Part shown: piece after piece, positions 9,768-18,852 of the stretch | Layout of the letters: each line of letters starts with the position of its first letter | How positions within the stretch are numbered: position 1 is the first letter of the stretch | Origin: Promethearchaeota archaeon | GTDB lineage: Archaea; Asgardarchaeota; Lokiarchaeia; Sigyniarchaeales; SOKP01 | DNA: 56,389 nucleotides | Direction of reading: 5' to 3' | Assembly: GCA_048938855.1 (NCBI GenBank) | Contig: JBHLLT010000008.1 | Span: forward strand, 1-56,389 | The notes under the pieces: model-generated | Databases searched by the model: none | Told to the model about the DNA's origin: nothing | What the model saw: the letters and a program-made list of their open reading frames with translations, nothing else | Made by a program: the position numbers and the translations under genes

Positions 9768-12218
9768 TTATTGATTCTTTTTACTTCTTTTCCATGTAAT
9801 GGATAAAACAGTAGATACCCCAAATATTGCACCGAGTAAAATAAATAAGTCATAACCAGGTATCATATTATTCTCGATTTTCTGTAGATTCCATTTTAAA
9901 TCATAAGGACTTCCAGAGTTATCACCAAAAATTCTAATGTAATATGTTCCATTAGAAGGAAGATCATGAATCAAGTATTCATTATCCCTCATAGTAAAAT
10001 TACTCGTTAATTTAGTAAGATCCCCATCATACAATTCAAGGCCTATTGGTCCCGCTGAATATTCATAAAGAATGTCAACTCTCAATTTTAAAAATTCTGT
10101 TCCAGGAGCAATCTGGATTTTATACCAATCATTATCACTTTGTATACCAATGTTGTTGATATTCCATAGAGATTTTCCCCAAATACCATAGTCATCATAA
10201 CGGTCAATTTGATGTGTTAAATCAAATGCTGTGGAAGCGACATCATTGTCTTCATAATTATCATCTGGTCTAAAATCGGTTCTTATGTCATCCCATACTA
10301 AATCGTATTTATTCATCATAAAATCTCCAAAAATTCTAACAAAGTAATCACCAGGATGAGGAACGGCACAATTAATATCAATATCATCAACACTAGTTCT
10401 GGACATATTGTCTATGTACCAACCCAATCTATCCACGACTGATATATCAATATTTCCCAGAGAATTGTTGAATTTTAAATTCATAATTAAATGTTGGAAA
10501 CCAGGAGTTATACTAATCTTATACCAATCATCATCTCCGGAAACTGCTAAACCATGAATATCACTCAACCATGTGTTTTCATCATCTCCAAGGTAATAAG
10601 CTTCATCAGGATTATCATTCCATTCATACGCATCATCTCTCTGAGGTTCTCTCTTATCAATCCATACTTCTAAATCGTAATATACCTGAGAAGCTCCGGA
10701 TATTTGATATACCTTAATTCGCCATTCACCAGGATCTTGTACCTTAAGTGAGATAAATTCCTCATGATAGGTAGGATTACTATTATAAGATCCTGCTACT
10801 AAATAATAACCAGGATGATAGAGCTCTAATTCCAGATCTCCAATATTATGATCAAAGTAGATTCTCACATTAATAGTGTCACCAACCTCCAAATAGGTCT
10901 TAAACCAATCTTCATCTCCACCTATAATCATAAGACCGCCATAATTTGTTGGATCAATCCACCAAGCACTCCAAAAATCATCATTCTCTTCTGCCCAGTC
11001 ATCTCCAGAATATCGCCAAATATCTAAATCATAAGGTACAGTGGAATTTTTATCCTCATGATATACTCGAATTCGCCAATCTCCAGAATAATCTGCGATA
11101 AAATTGATATATTCAGAATCCGTAGTATTAGAATGAGAACCGATTCGATAGCTTACAGAATCGAAAGGATCATAAAGTTCCAATTGTAAATTCCCTTGTA
11201 TATTGCTGAAATAAATAGAAACTGTGATTTGATCACCATAATTCAAATAAAATTGAAACCAATCCTCATCGAAATCGACAATCATCAAACTAGAATAATA
11301 ATTTGGATCAATCCACCAAGCACTCCAATAATCATCATTCTCCTCAAACATATCATCTCCAGGAACAAATGTATCCCATCTCATATCATAAGTGTTGTTT
11401 CCATTACCTGAATGGAGTCTGATATAATAGATTCCACTCGAAGGGACAATCATATCAATTTGTTCATGATTCTGGTCGGTCCAACTATTCCCAACCATAA
11501 CATAACTGGCATTACAGATATCCATATCTATGTTTCCAGACGCATTCGAGAAAATACAATCTACTACTAACCGTTCATAGCCAGTATTTACAAAAATTTC
11601 AAACCAATCATCATCACCCTGTATCCCTAGACCATTGATTTCACTTAGCCACATACCTTGATGAGTAGAAATGATAAACCCCGAACCAGGACCGTCATTT
11701 TCTTCATAAGCATCGTCCAATATTGCTGGATTCATATCATCCCATAGAAGATCATAGTTATTTCCCATATTACCAAAATACACTTTAATGTAATACTGTC
11801 CACTAGGTACAATTATATCAATGAATTCGCCATCAACTACGGAATAACTCCCAGCAATAAGGTTGAGAGTACTATTATATAGTTCAAGATCAATATCGCC
11901 TTCAATATGTTTAAAAATAAGGTTTACTATTAATCTTTCTTCTCCGGGGCTTACCATGATTTTATACCAATCATCATCCCATTGAGCTCCAGGACCATTT
12001 ATCATACTTAACCACGTTAGCTCATACATAGTGAGATCGTAAGCAGAAAATGGATCATTATTCGGTTCATAAGAATCTTCTGGGGCATTGGTAGAAAGTG
12101 AGTTTTCATCTATTGTAGGGTTCTTAAAATGATTTTGTATAAATGTAGTTCCAGATATAATCGAAAGAAGTAAAAATAATAAAAATATCCCCCGTTTATA
12201 TTTTTCGTTAATTCCCAT
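9768..12218 (-). CDS. Surface protein with six PPC-like acidic repeats and a Loki-CTERM-like sorting tail
   Basis: N-terminal signal/TM; six repeats D..E.ND...A...D.DW(Y/F)...D(L/I).LY...G.YY(I/V)R(I/V)...Y.L; C-terminus IPGYDLFILLGAIFGVSTVLSITWKRSKK. Confidence 0.85.
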   Translation of the reverse strand: MGINEKYKRGIFLLFLLLSIISGTTFIQNHFKNPTIDENSLSTNAPEDSYEPNNDPFSAYDLTMYELTWLSMINGPGAQWDDDWYKIMVSPGEERLIVNLIFKHIEGDIDLELYNSTLNLIAGSYSVVDGEFIDIIVPSGQYYIKVYFGNMGNNYDLLWDDMNPAILDDAYEENDGPGSGFIISTHQGMWLSEINGLGIQGDDDWFEIFVNTGYERLVVDCIFSNASGNIDMDICNASYVMVGNSWTDQNHEQIDMIVPSSGIYYIRLHSGNGNNTYDMRWDTFVPGDDMFEENDDYWSAWWIDPNYYSSLMIVDFDEDWFQFYLNYGDQITVSIYFSNIQGNLQLELYDPFDSVSYRIGSHSNTTDSEYINFIADYSGDWRIRVYHEDKNSTVPYDLDIWRYSGDDWAEENDDFWSAWWIDPTNYGGLMIIGGDEDWFKTYLEVGDTINVRIYFDHNIGDLELELYHPGYYLVAGSYNSNPTYHEEFISLKVQDPGEWRIKVYQISGASQVYYDLEVWIDKREPQRDDAYEWNDNPDEAYYLGDDENTWLSDIHGLAVSGDDDWYKISITPGFQHLIMNLKFNNSLGNIDISVVDRLGWYIDNMSRTSVDDIDINCAVPHPGDYFVRIFGDFMMNKYDLVWDDIRTDFRPDDNYEDNDVASTAFDLTHQIDRYDDYGIWGKSLWNINNIGIQSDNDWYKIQIAPGTEFLKLRVDILYEYSAGPIGLELYDGDLTKLTSNFTMRDNEYLIHDLPSNGTYYIRIFGDNSGSPYDLKWNLQKIENNMIPGYDLFILLGAIFGVSTVLSITWKRSKKNQ

Positions 12219-12414
12219 ATTAAATTAGCCTAATTTCAAACTTATAAATTTTCACATATTAGTAAAATAGGCATTTTGGAAGGAATAAATATAAAGTGAT
12301 TAACCTAATATTGAATTCCTCAGATCTAATTAAGGTGAATTACTAAATTAAATATTTTAGTGATAAGTTAAGAGGATATGAGATTCGTATGACTAAATTT
12401 TTAAAAAAGATTGA

Positions 12415-12531
12415 TTATTCTTCCAGAGTGAAAGTACAATCTGTATCTCCACATCCAGGGCATTTAAAATCTTCAGGTGGAAAATCATCTAATTCAAATT
12501 CATGCCCGCATTTGTCACATTTCCATTTCAA
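12415..12531 (-). CDS. Mini rubredoxin-like / zinc-ribbon protein, 38 aa (not in ORF track)
   Basis: TTG-start MKWKCDKCGHEFELDDFPPEDFKCPGCGDTDCTFTLEE*; alternative in-frame GTG at 12540. Confidence 0.8.
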   Translation of the reverse strand: MKWKCDKCGHEFELDDFPPEDFKCPGCGDTDCTFTLEE

Positions 12532-12663
12532 TATAATCACTAATTAGTAAAAAAAGTTTATATACCTTTATAAATAGATCTGTGAGTCCTATTTAGTATG
12601 ATAACAAAAATCAAAATTTAAATTTTAGGGAATAAAAAATTAGTTACAGTTTTATTTTTAGAG

Positions 12664-13197
12664 CTAAGTAATTATAGATGTCACTTTTTCAAATATATTC
12701 TGTGAATTTTGGCGATTTAATGTGAGTACTTCTATAAAAGCAAGATTCATAAGATAATTTTTGAGAGGATGGTTCAACTTCAAACTAATCGTCGCTATAA
12801 TGGGTAAATCTAATGAAAATATTTTTTTAATATAATTTTGAAAATTTTTAGAAAATAACTCCATTTTTCCAATTTCATCTATAATGATTAAATCAAGAGA
12901 TTTTTCACTTAAATCTAAATTATTATCAATAAATTCATCAAGATTTTCAACAAATATTTTATACTTTCCAAGTTGGTGTCTAGTATTATATTTTCCTACT
13001 CGTGCTAGTTGAGTAAGAGTACCTGTAAAAATATCAACTATATCAAAACCAATTCTATTTCCTCCTTCTCTAACCTCGGGAGTTAAAAAACCATAGGTAG
13101 TATAATTCTTTTGATGTGTATAATACTTAATTAATTTAGTAATGAGAGTACTCTTACCGCATCTAGGTGGTCCAGTGATAAGAATTTTATTATTCAT
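12664..13197 (-). CDS. Nucleoside-triphosphatase (THEP1/NTPase_1 family)
   Basis: ITGPPRCGKST Walker A, GFLTPEVREGGNRIGF, IIIDEIGKMEL. Confidence 0.92.
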   Translation of the reverse strand: MNNKILITGPPRCGKSTLITKLIKYYTHQKNYTTYGFLTPEVREGGNRIGFDIVDIFTGTLTQLARVGKYNTRHQLGKYKIFVENLDEFIDNNLDLSEKSLDLIIIDEIGKMELFSKNFQNYIKKIFSLDLPIIATISLKLNHPLKNYLMNLAFIEVLTLNRQNSQNIFEKVTSIIT

Positions 13198-13295
13198 TAA
13201 TTTACCATATGAAAGTTTTTTTAATTTAGTATTTTAAATCAAATTATAAAATAATTAATTAACAATATTATAAAAATAAAAATAGAGATAATAAT

Positions 13296-14243
13296 ATGAA
13301 AAGTTCAACATTTACCTTTAAAGATAAAGATGGACTCGAAATTTTCGTGTATAAATGGGAACCAGAAACAAAACCTAAAGCAATAGTACAGATCCTTCAT
13401 GGATTGGCAGAACATGCCAGACGATATGCTCGACTAGCAGAAGCGTTATGTAATGAAGGGTATATATGTTATGCTAATGATCATCCTGGACATGGATTAA
13501 CTGCTGGTGATTTAACGGAAGCTACTTTAAAAGGACATGCAGGCGTTTTAAGTGAGAGTGGATGGAGAGGTGTGGTAAATGATGTCCATGAGTTATCAAA
13601 GATTACGAAGAAAGAAAATCCTAACTTACCCTTGTTCCTAATTGGACATTCTTGGGGAGCCATTTTAGCTCAAGACTACATTCAAGAGTGGGGAAATGAA
13701 ATTAACGGGTGCATTTTAAGCGGGACTAATGGGAAAGTAAGAGGGATGGTAATTAAAGCCGGGAAGATATTAATTAAAAGTGAAATGAAGAAACTTGGTC
13801 CCACTGAACCAAGTCAAAAAATGTATGATATGAATTTTAAGAATAACAATCATGATTGGGACAATGATGAGGGTGCTACTGGTTTTGAATGGCTTAGTAG
13901 AGATAAAACTGAAGTTCAAAAATATATCGATGATCCTTGGTGTGGATTTGTCCCACCAGCACGGCTTTGGTTAGAATTTCTTTTAGGATTTGAGAAAATG
14001 TATGATGCAAAAAATGAGGCAAAAGTACCAAAAAATTTACCTGTTTTCTTTATCTCAGGAGCCTTATGCCCTATAGGAAATAAAACTAAATATGTACAAG
14101 GTATGATAGATCGGTATAAAAAGAATGGTATGATAGATGTTACTTATAAGTTCTACGAGAATGCGCGGCACGAAATTTTTAATGAGATTAATCGAGAAGA
14201 AGTTTATAAGGATGTAATTGATTGGCTGAATTCTCACTTATAA
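13296..14243 (+). CDS. Alpha/beta hydrolase, lysophospholipase/monoglyceride lipase-like
   Basis: QILHGLAEH..RY, DHPGHG, GHSWG nucleophile elbow, RHEIFNE; the usual acid position reads GALCP rather than GxxDP. Confidence 0.88.
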   Translation: MKSSTFTFKDKDGLEIFVYKWEPETKPKAIVQILHGLAEHARRYARLAEALCNEGYICYANDHPGHGLTAGDLTEATLKGHAGVLSESGWRGVVNDVHELSKITKKENPNLPLFLIGHSWGAILAQDYIQEWGNEINGCILSGTNGKVRGMVIKAGKILIKSEMKKLGPTEPSQKMYDMNFKNNNHDWDNDEGATGFEWLSRDKTEVQKYIDDPWCGFVPPARLWLEFLLGFEKMYDAKNEAKVPKNLPVFFISGALCPIGNKTKYVQGMIDRYKKNGMIDVTYKFYENARHEIFNEINREEVYKDVIDWLNSHL

Positions 14244-14279
14244 TTTATATATATTTACTACTTTTTTATTAAATTAGAA

Positions 14280-15413
14280 TTAATTATTCAATTCTTTAAA
14301 TTTTATCAACAATTCTTTCTGTTTTTCTGAAATTTTTTTTGGGATTTCAATATTAACTATCACATATTGATCTCCTTTTCCTCTCCCACGTAGGTATGAA
14401 ACTCCTCGATTTTTTATACGAAACTCAGTTCCTGGTTGTGTACCCGCGGGAATTGTAAGTTCTTTTTCAGTTAATTTTTCCTCTTTATAATCTAAGGTGG
14501 GGATTGTTATTTTTCCTCCAATTGTGGCAGTAACAAAATCAATATCAACAGGAGTATATAAGTCATTCCCACGTCGAATAAATTTATCATTGTCTGTTAT
14601 CCTAATTCTTAAATAGAGGTCACCAGGAATAGCATTAACAGAAGGTACATGTCCAGCTCCTTGAACTTTTAAATGAACTCCATCTTCAACTCCAGGAGGT
14701 ATATTTACATGAATAGTTTTTTCTTCAGGAACAACCTTCCTACCACCACAAACCTTGCACTTTTTATCAATAACTCTTCCAGTACCATTGCATATATTAC
14801 AGCCTGTTTCACGGATAATGGTACCAAAACCGGATTGCGACATTCTTCTAATTCGTCCCGTTCCTTGACATTCTGGACAAGTCTTTATACTATTAGGATC
14901 CTCTGCTCCTGTTCCTTCACATGCATCGCAAGGTGTATATCTTTCTATAGGGATATCCCTTTTTACACCAAACATTGCTTCTTCAAAAGTAATTTCAATA
15001 TAATCTTCTAAATCTTGTCCAACTTCTCTACGAGGAGCAGTAGTTCTACTCCTTGATCTTGAACCAAATCCACCGAAACCAAAATCGTCAAATCCACCAA
15101 AAGAACCAAAACCCCCAAAAATACTTCTAAGTAGTTCATCAATTCCAGGAATTCCCCCACTAAAAAAATCACTCATATCAACATGTACTCCACTGAATCC
15201 AAACCTATCATAATTTTGCCTTTTCTCTTGATCACTTAACACTTCATAAGCTTCTTGGAGTTCAATAAATTTCTCCTTGGCATTTGGATCAGTTTTGTTT
15301 AGGTCTGGATGCAACTTCCTGGCTAAACGTCGATACGCAAGCTTTATGTCGTTTAAGCTCGCATCCTTACTTACTCCAAGCACTTCATAATAGTCTCGTT
15401 TCTTAGAGCTCAT
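14280..15413 (-). CDS. dnaJ: Chaperone DnaJ
   Basis: J domain with HPD, G/F-rich region, four CxxCxGxG-type zinc motifs, C-terminal domain. Confidence 0.97.
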   Translation of the reverse strand: MSSKKRDYYEVLGVSKDASLNDIKLAYRRLARKLHPDLNKTDPNAKEKFIELQEAYEVLSDQEKRQNYDRFGFSGVHVDMSDFFSGGIPGIDELLRSIFGGFGSFGGFDDFGFGGFGSRSRSRTTAPRREVGQDLEDYIEITFEEAMFGVKRDIPIERYTPCDACEGTGAEDPNSIKTCPECQGTGRIRRMSQSGFGTIIRETGCNICNGTGRVIDKKCKVCGGRKVVPEEKTIHVNIPPGVEDGVHLKVQGAGHVPSVNAIPGDLYLRIRITDNDKFIRRGNDLYTPVDIDFVTATIGGKITIPTLDYKEEKLTEKELTIPAGTQPGTEFRIKNRGVSYLRGRGKGDQYVIVNIEIPKKISEKQKELLIKFKELNN

Positions 15414-15641
15414 GATTCTTTAGTCCATTAGTATCATAAAATATGTTTAAAACTCAAGTAATTAAAATTGTTTCTGAAATTTAATTTTTTAGGTATACTG
15501 GTTTTATCTAAAATATTTTCTAGGACATTAATTCTGTTAAAAGAATAATAGAGACTTAAATAAGAGATAATCCTATATTGCCAAATTTAAGCTAATATTT
15601 TAATATTTTATTAAAAAAATTAAGGAAATAAATAAAAAAAT

Positions 15642-17654
15642 TTAATCTTCATCCCAGTCAACGTCTACTACTTTCTTTTTCTTGTCTTCTTCCTTGCTCT
15701 TATCTTTTTTATATGTAGCACCACCAGCTCCTGCCTCACCACCCATTCCACCCGGAGGTACACCACCCATTCCACCAGGGGGTACACCACTCATACCTCC
15801 TGCAGCACGTTGAGCTTGCTCTGCTGCCTGTTGATAAACTTGGTCTTGAGCTTGTGTTTGATAAATCCTTTGAGAAAAGCTATACATTGATTTTTGGAGA
15901 TTTTCTACTCCCATTTTAATTCTATTTACATCATCAGTCTTAATATCTTCCTCTAACGATGCAATAGCTGCTTCAATTTCCTTCTTTTCATTATCTTGAA
16001 TTTTATCCTTGTTGTCTTCCATAAGTTTTCGGGTTTGATAAATCATTGAGTCCGCATTATTTTTAACTTCAACTAATTCCCTGATTTTTTTATCTTCTTC
16101 TTCAAATTGTTCAGCAGTTTGAACTTTCTCTCTGATTTCCTCAGGAGTTAATCCTTGAGCACCAGTAACCGTAATGCCGGTCTCTTTTCCTGTTCCTAAG
16201 TCCTTAGCAGTGACATGTACAATACCATCAGCATCAATTGAGAATTTAACCTCTATTTGTGGAATACCTCGAGGCGCAGGAGGAATACCAGTTAAATGAA
16301 ACATACCAAGTGCTATATTATCTTTAGCCATAGCTCTTTCTCCTTGTAGAACGTTAATTGTTACTGCTGGTTGATTATCGGCTGCTGTACTAAATACTTG
16401 ACTTTTTTCTGTAGGAATTGTACTATTTCGTTCAATTAATTTAGTAAATACTCCACCTAAAGTTTCAACACCTAAAGATAATGGGGTAACATCTAAAAGT
16501 AATAAATCTTCTACATCTCCAGCAATAACGCCTCCCTGAATTGAGGCTCCAATAGCAACACATTCCATAGGGTCAACTGAATGTTCCGGTTCCTTTCCAC
16601 CGAAGAATTTTTTGAATCGTTGTTGGACAGAAGGCATCCTTGTTGGACCACCCACCAAAATTACTTTATCAATATTAATTGCTGATAATTTGGCATCTGA
16701 GACCGCTCTCTGCATAATTGGATCAAGTCGTCTAAGAGTAGGTTCGATTAATTGTTCTAATTTTGCCCTTGTAAGTTCCATTGTTAAATGAACAGGGTTT
16801 CCTTCTTTTTGGGAAATATATGGTAAATTGATTGTAGTCGATAACGTTGTAGATAATTCAATCTTAGCCTTCTCTGCGGCATCTTTAATTCTTATCCAAG
16901 CTTTACTGTCACCTGTTAAATCAATTCCTTCTTTCTTTTTGAATTCTTCAGTTATCCAATCTATTATTTGATTATCCATATCAGTACCGCCTAGCTGGGT
17001 GTCACCAGCAGTGGATAGAACTTCTACAACCCCTTCTCCATATTCCATGATTGTAATATCAAAAGTACCGCCTCCAAGGTCGAGAACGCATATTTTTAGT
17101 AATTTATCTTTTGTATCTTTATCCAAACCATAGGCTAGACAAGCTGCCGTAGGTTCATTAATCATCCGTACTACTTCGAGGCCAGCGATTTCACCAGCAT
17201 TCTTTGTGGCTGTTCGTTGGGCATCGTTAAAATAAGCTGGTACAGTAATTACTGCCTTCTTTACCTCTTCACCTAAATAGGCTGAAGCATCTGTCTTAAT
17301 TTTCTTAAGAATCATTGCGCTTATCTCTTCAGGTGAAAACTCTTGCCATTTATCCCCAACCTTAAGTTTTGCTTTGTAGGAAGTTCCCATCTTTCTCTTA
17401 ATGGCGGTAACTGTTCCATCAGGATTTGATACCGCCTGTCTTCGAGCTGGTTCACCGACAATTTTGCGTCCATTCTCATCAAATGCTACATAAGAAGGAA
17501 AAGCCTTCCCACCTAGAGTACGACCCTCTGCTGCGGGTACAATCTCTGGTTTTCCGGTTCCAGTTAAAACAGCACATGCACTATTAGAAGTTCCCAAATC
17601 TATTCCAATTATTTTCTCTTTTCTTTTTGGTTTTTCAGTTTTTTCTTCACTCAT
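15642..17654 (-). CDS. dnaK: Chaperone DnaK (Hsp70)
   Basis: [55 protein letters not shown]. Confidence 0.98.
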   Translation of the reverse strand: MSEEKTEKPKRKEKIIGIDLGTSNSACAVLTGTGKPEIVPAAEGRTLGGKAFPSYVAFDENGRKIVGEPARRQAVSNPDGTVTAIKRKMGTSYKAKLKVGDKWQEFSPEEISAMILKKIKTDASAYLGEEVKKAVITVPAYFNDAQRTATKNAGEIAGLEVVRMINEPTAACLAYGLDKDTKDKLLKICVLDLGGGTFDITIMEYGEGVVEVLSTAGDTQLGGTDMDNQIIDWITEEFKKKEGIDLTGDSKAWIRIKDAAEKAKIELSTTLSTTINLPYISQKEGNPVHLTMELTRAKLEQLIEPTLRRLDPIMQRAVSDAKLSAINIDKVILVGGPTRMPSVQQRFKKFFGGKEPEHSVDPMECVAIGASIQGGVIAGDVEDLLLLDVTPLSLGVETLGGVFTKLIERNSTIPTEKSQVFSTAADNQPAVTINVLQGERAMAKDNIALGMFHLTGIPPAPRGIPQIEVKFSIDADGIVHVTAKDLGTGKETGITVTGAQGLTPEEIREKVQTAEQFEEEDKKIRELVEVKNNADSMIYQTRKLMEDNKDKIQDNEKKEIEAAIASLEEDIKTDDVNRIKMGVENLQKSMYSFSQRIYQTQAQDQVYQQAAEQAQRAAGGMSGVPPGGMGGVPPGGMGGEAGAGGATYKKDKSKEEDKKKKVVDVDWDED
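15738..15800 (-). repeat. Coding tandem repeat GGM(S/G)GVPP in the DnaK C-terminal tail
   Basis: [21 protein letters not shown]; 24-nt imperfect unit visible in DNA; boundaries approximate. Confidence 0.7.
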
Positions 17655-17907
17655 CGCAATATCAACTTCATTATTGGATTAATATGTATTAAAAATCTTA
17701 ATTTTCAATGGTTTTCTAGAATTTAATAATTTAATTATTTTAATTTGTAAATTTATTCTTGTGAATTTAATATTAATATTAATTATACGTAATAATTAAA
17801 TTTTATTTATAATGATCTATATATCATAAAGAATAAATCTGAGTATCAATTTTAATTTATATATTTACAGTTCATATTAAATATTAATCGAGTTATAAGG
17901 GATCATT

Positions 17908-18726
17908 ATGACTGAAGAGAACAATAATGATTTAAAAGAAGAATCTAAACCAGCAGAATCTAGTGATACAAAAACAAATCCTATAGAAGAACAAGAAAAT
18001 GCTGAAATTGAGATAGAGCCACAAGAAGTGAAAAAATTAGAGGAAAAAGAGCATTATGAGTTAGATTATTTCTCAAAAGAAGATTTGATTAAAGAAAAAG
18101 AAGAACTTGAAAAGAAATCAAACGATCTTAAAGAGAAAGTTGAAAAACTACAAAAAGAAAAAGATGACTCGAAAAATAAATATATGCATCTTCAAGCTGA
18201 ATTTGAAAATGCTCAAAAGAGATGGGATAAGAATCGACAAAATCTGAGAACAGAATACACCGCTTCTGTTTTAAAAAACTTCCTACCTTTATATGATTCC
18301 TTTAAAAAAGCAATGGAAGCTGCAAATGAAGCAGAAAAGAAACATTTAAATGGTTTCTTTAATCAATTTATGAGTATTTTTAAATCATATGGAGCTGAAC
18401 CAATTGAAGTAAAAATCAATGATCCTTTTGATTATAATGTACATGAAGCCTTAACATCAGTTGAAAAAGAAGATGTACCAGAGAATAGAATTCTTGAAAT
18501 AGTCCAAGATGGTTTTAAATATGGTAAAGAGATAATTCGTTATACAAAAGTTATAATATCACGAAAACCAAAGCCTCCAGAGCCTGAACCAGAGATTAAA
18601 GAAGAACCTGCAGAAACATTAATAGGTGAAGAAGCTGGAGCTAAAGAGGAAAGCGTTGAAAAAAAGGAAATCAAAGACGAAAAACCAAAAGAAAAAAAGC
18701 ATAAAAAAGATAAAAAGATAGATTAA
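17908..18726 (+). CDS. grpE: Nucleotide exchange factor GrpE
   Basis: LQAEFENAQKR, FLPLYDSF, FDYNVHEAL, EIVQDGF; charged N- and C-terminal extensions; divergent from dnaK. Confidence 0.93.
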   Translation: MTEENNNDLKEESKPAESSDTKTNPIEEQENAEIEIEPQEVKKLEEKEHYELDYFSKEDLIKEKEELEKKSNDLKEKVEKLQKEKDDSKNKYMHLQAEFENAQKRWDKNRQNLRTEYTASVLKNFLPLYDSFKKAMEAANEAEKKHLNGFFNQFMSIFKSYGAEPIEVKINDPFDYNVHEALTSVEKEDVPENRILEIVQDGFKYGKEIIRYTKVIISRKPKPPEPEPEIKEEPAETLIGEEAGAKEESVEKKEIKDEKPKEKKHKKDKKID

Positions 18727-18852
18727 TTTATAATTTAATTTTATTTTTAAGCTTGTTATTATTATCGCTAGGAATAACCAGAAAAAAAAAAGGAATTGTA
18801 AGATAGCTTGAATTGCTATCCTTATTTATTTTTAGGGTGCTCCATTGTTTCT

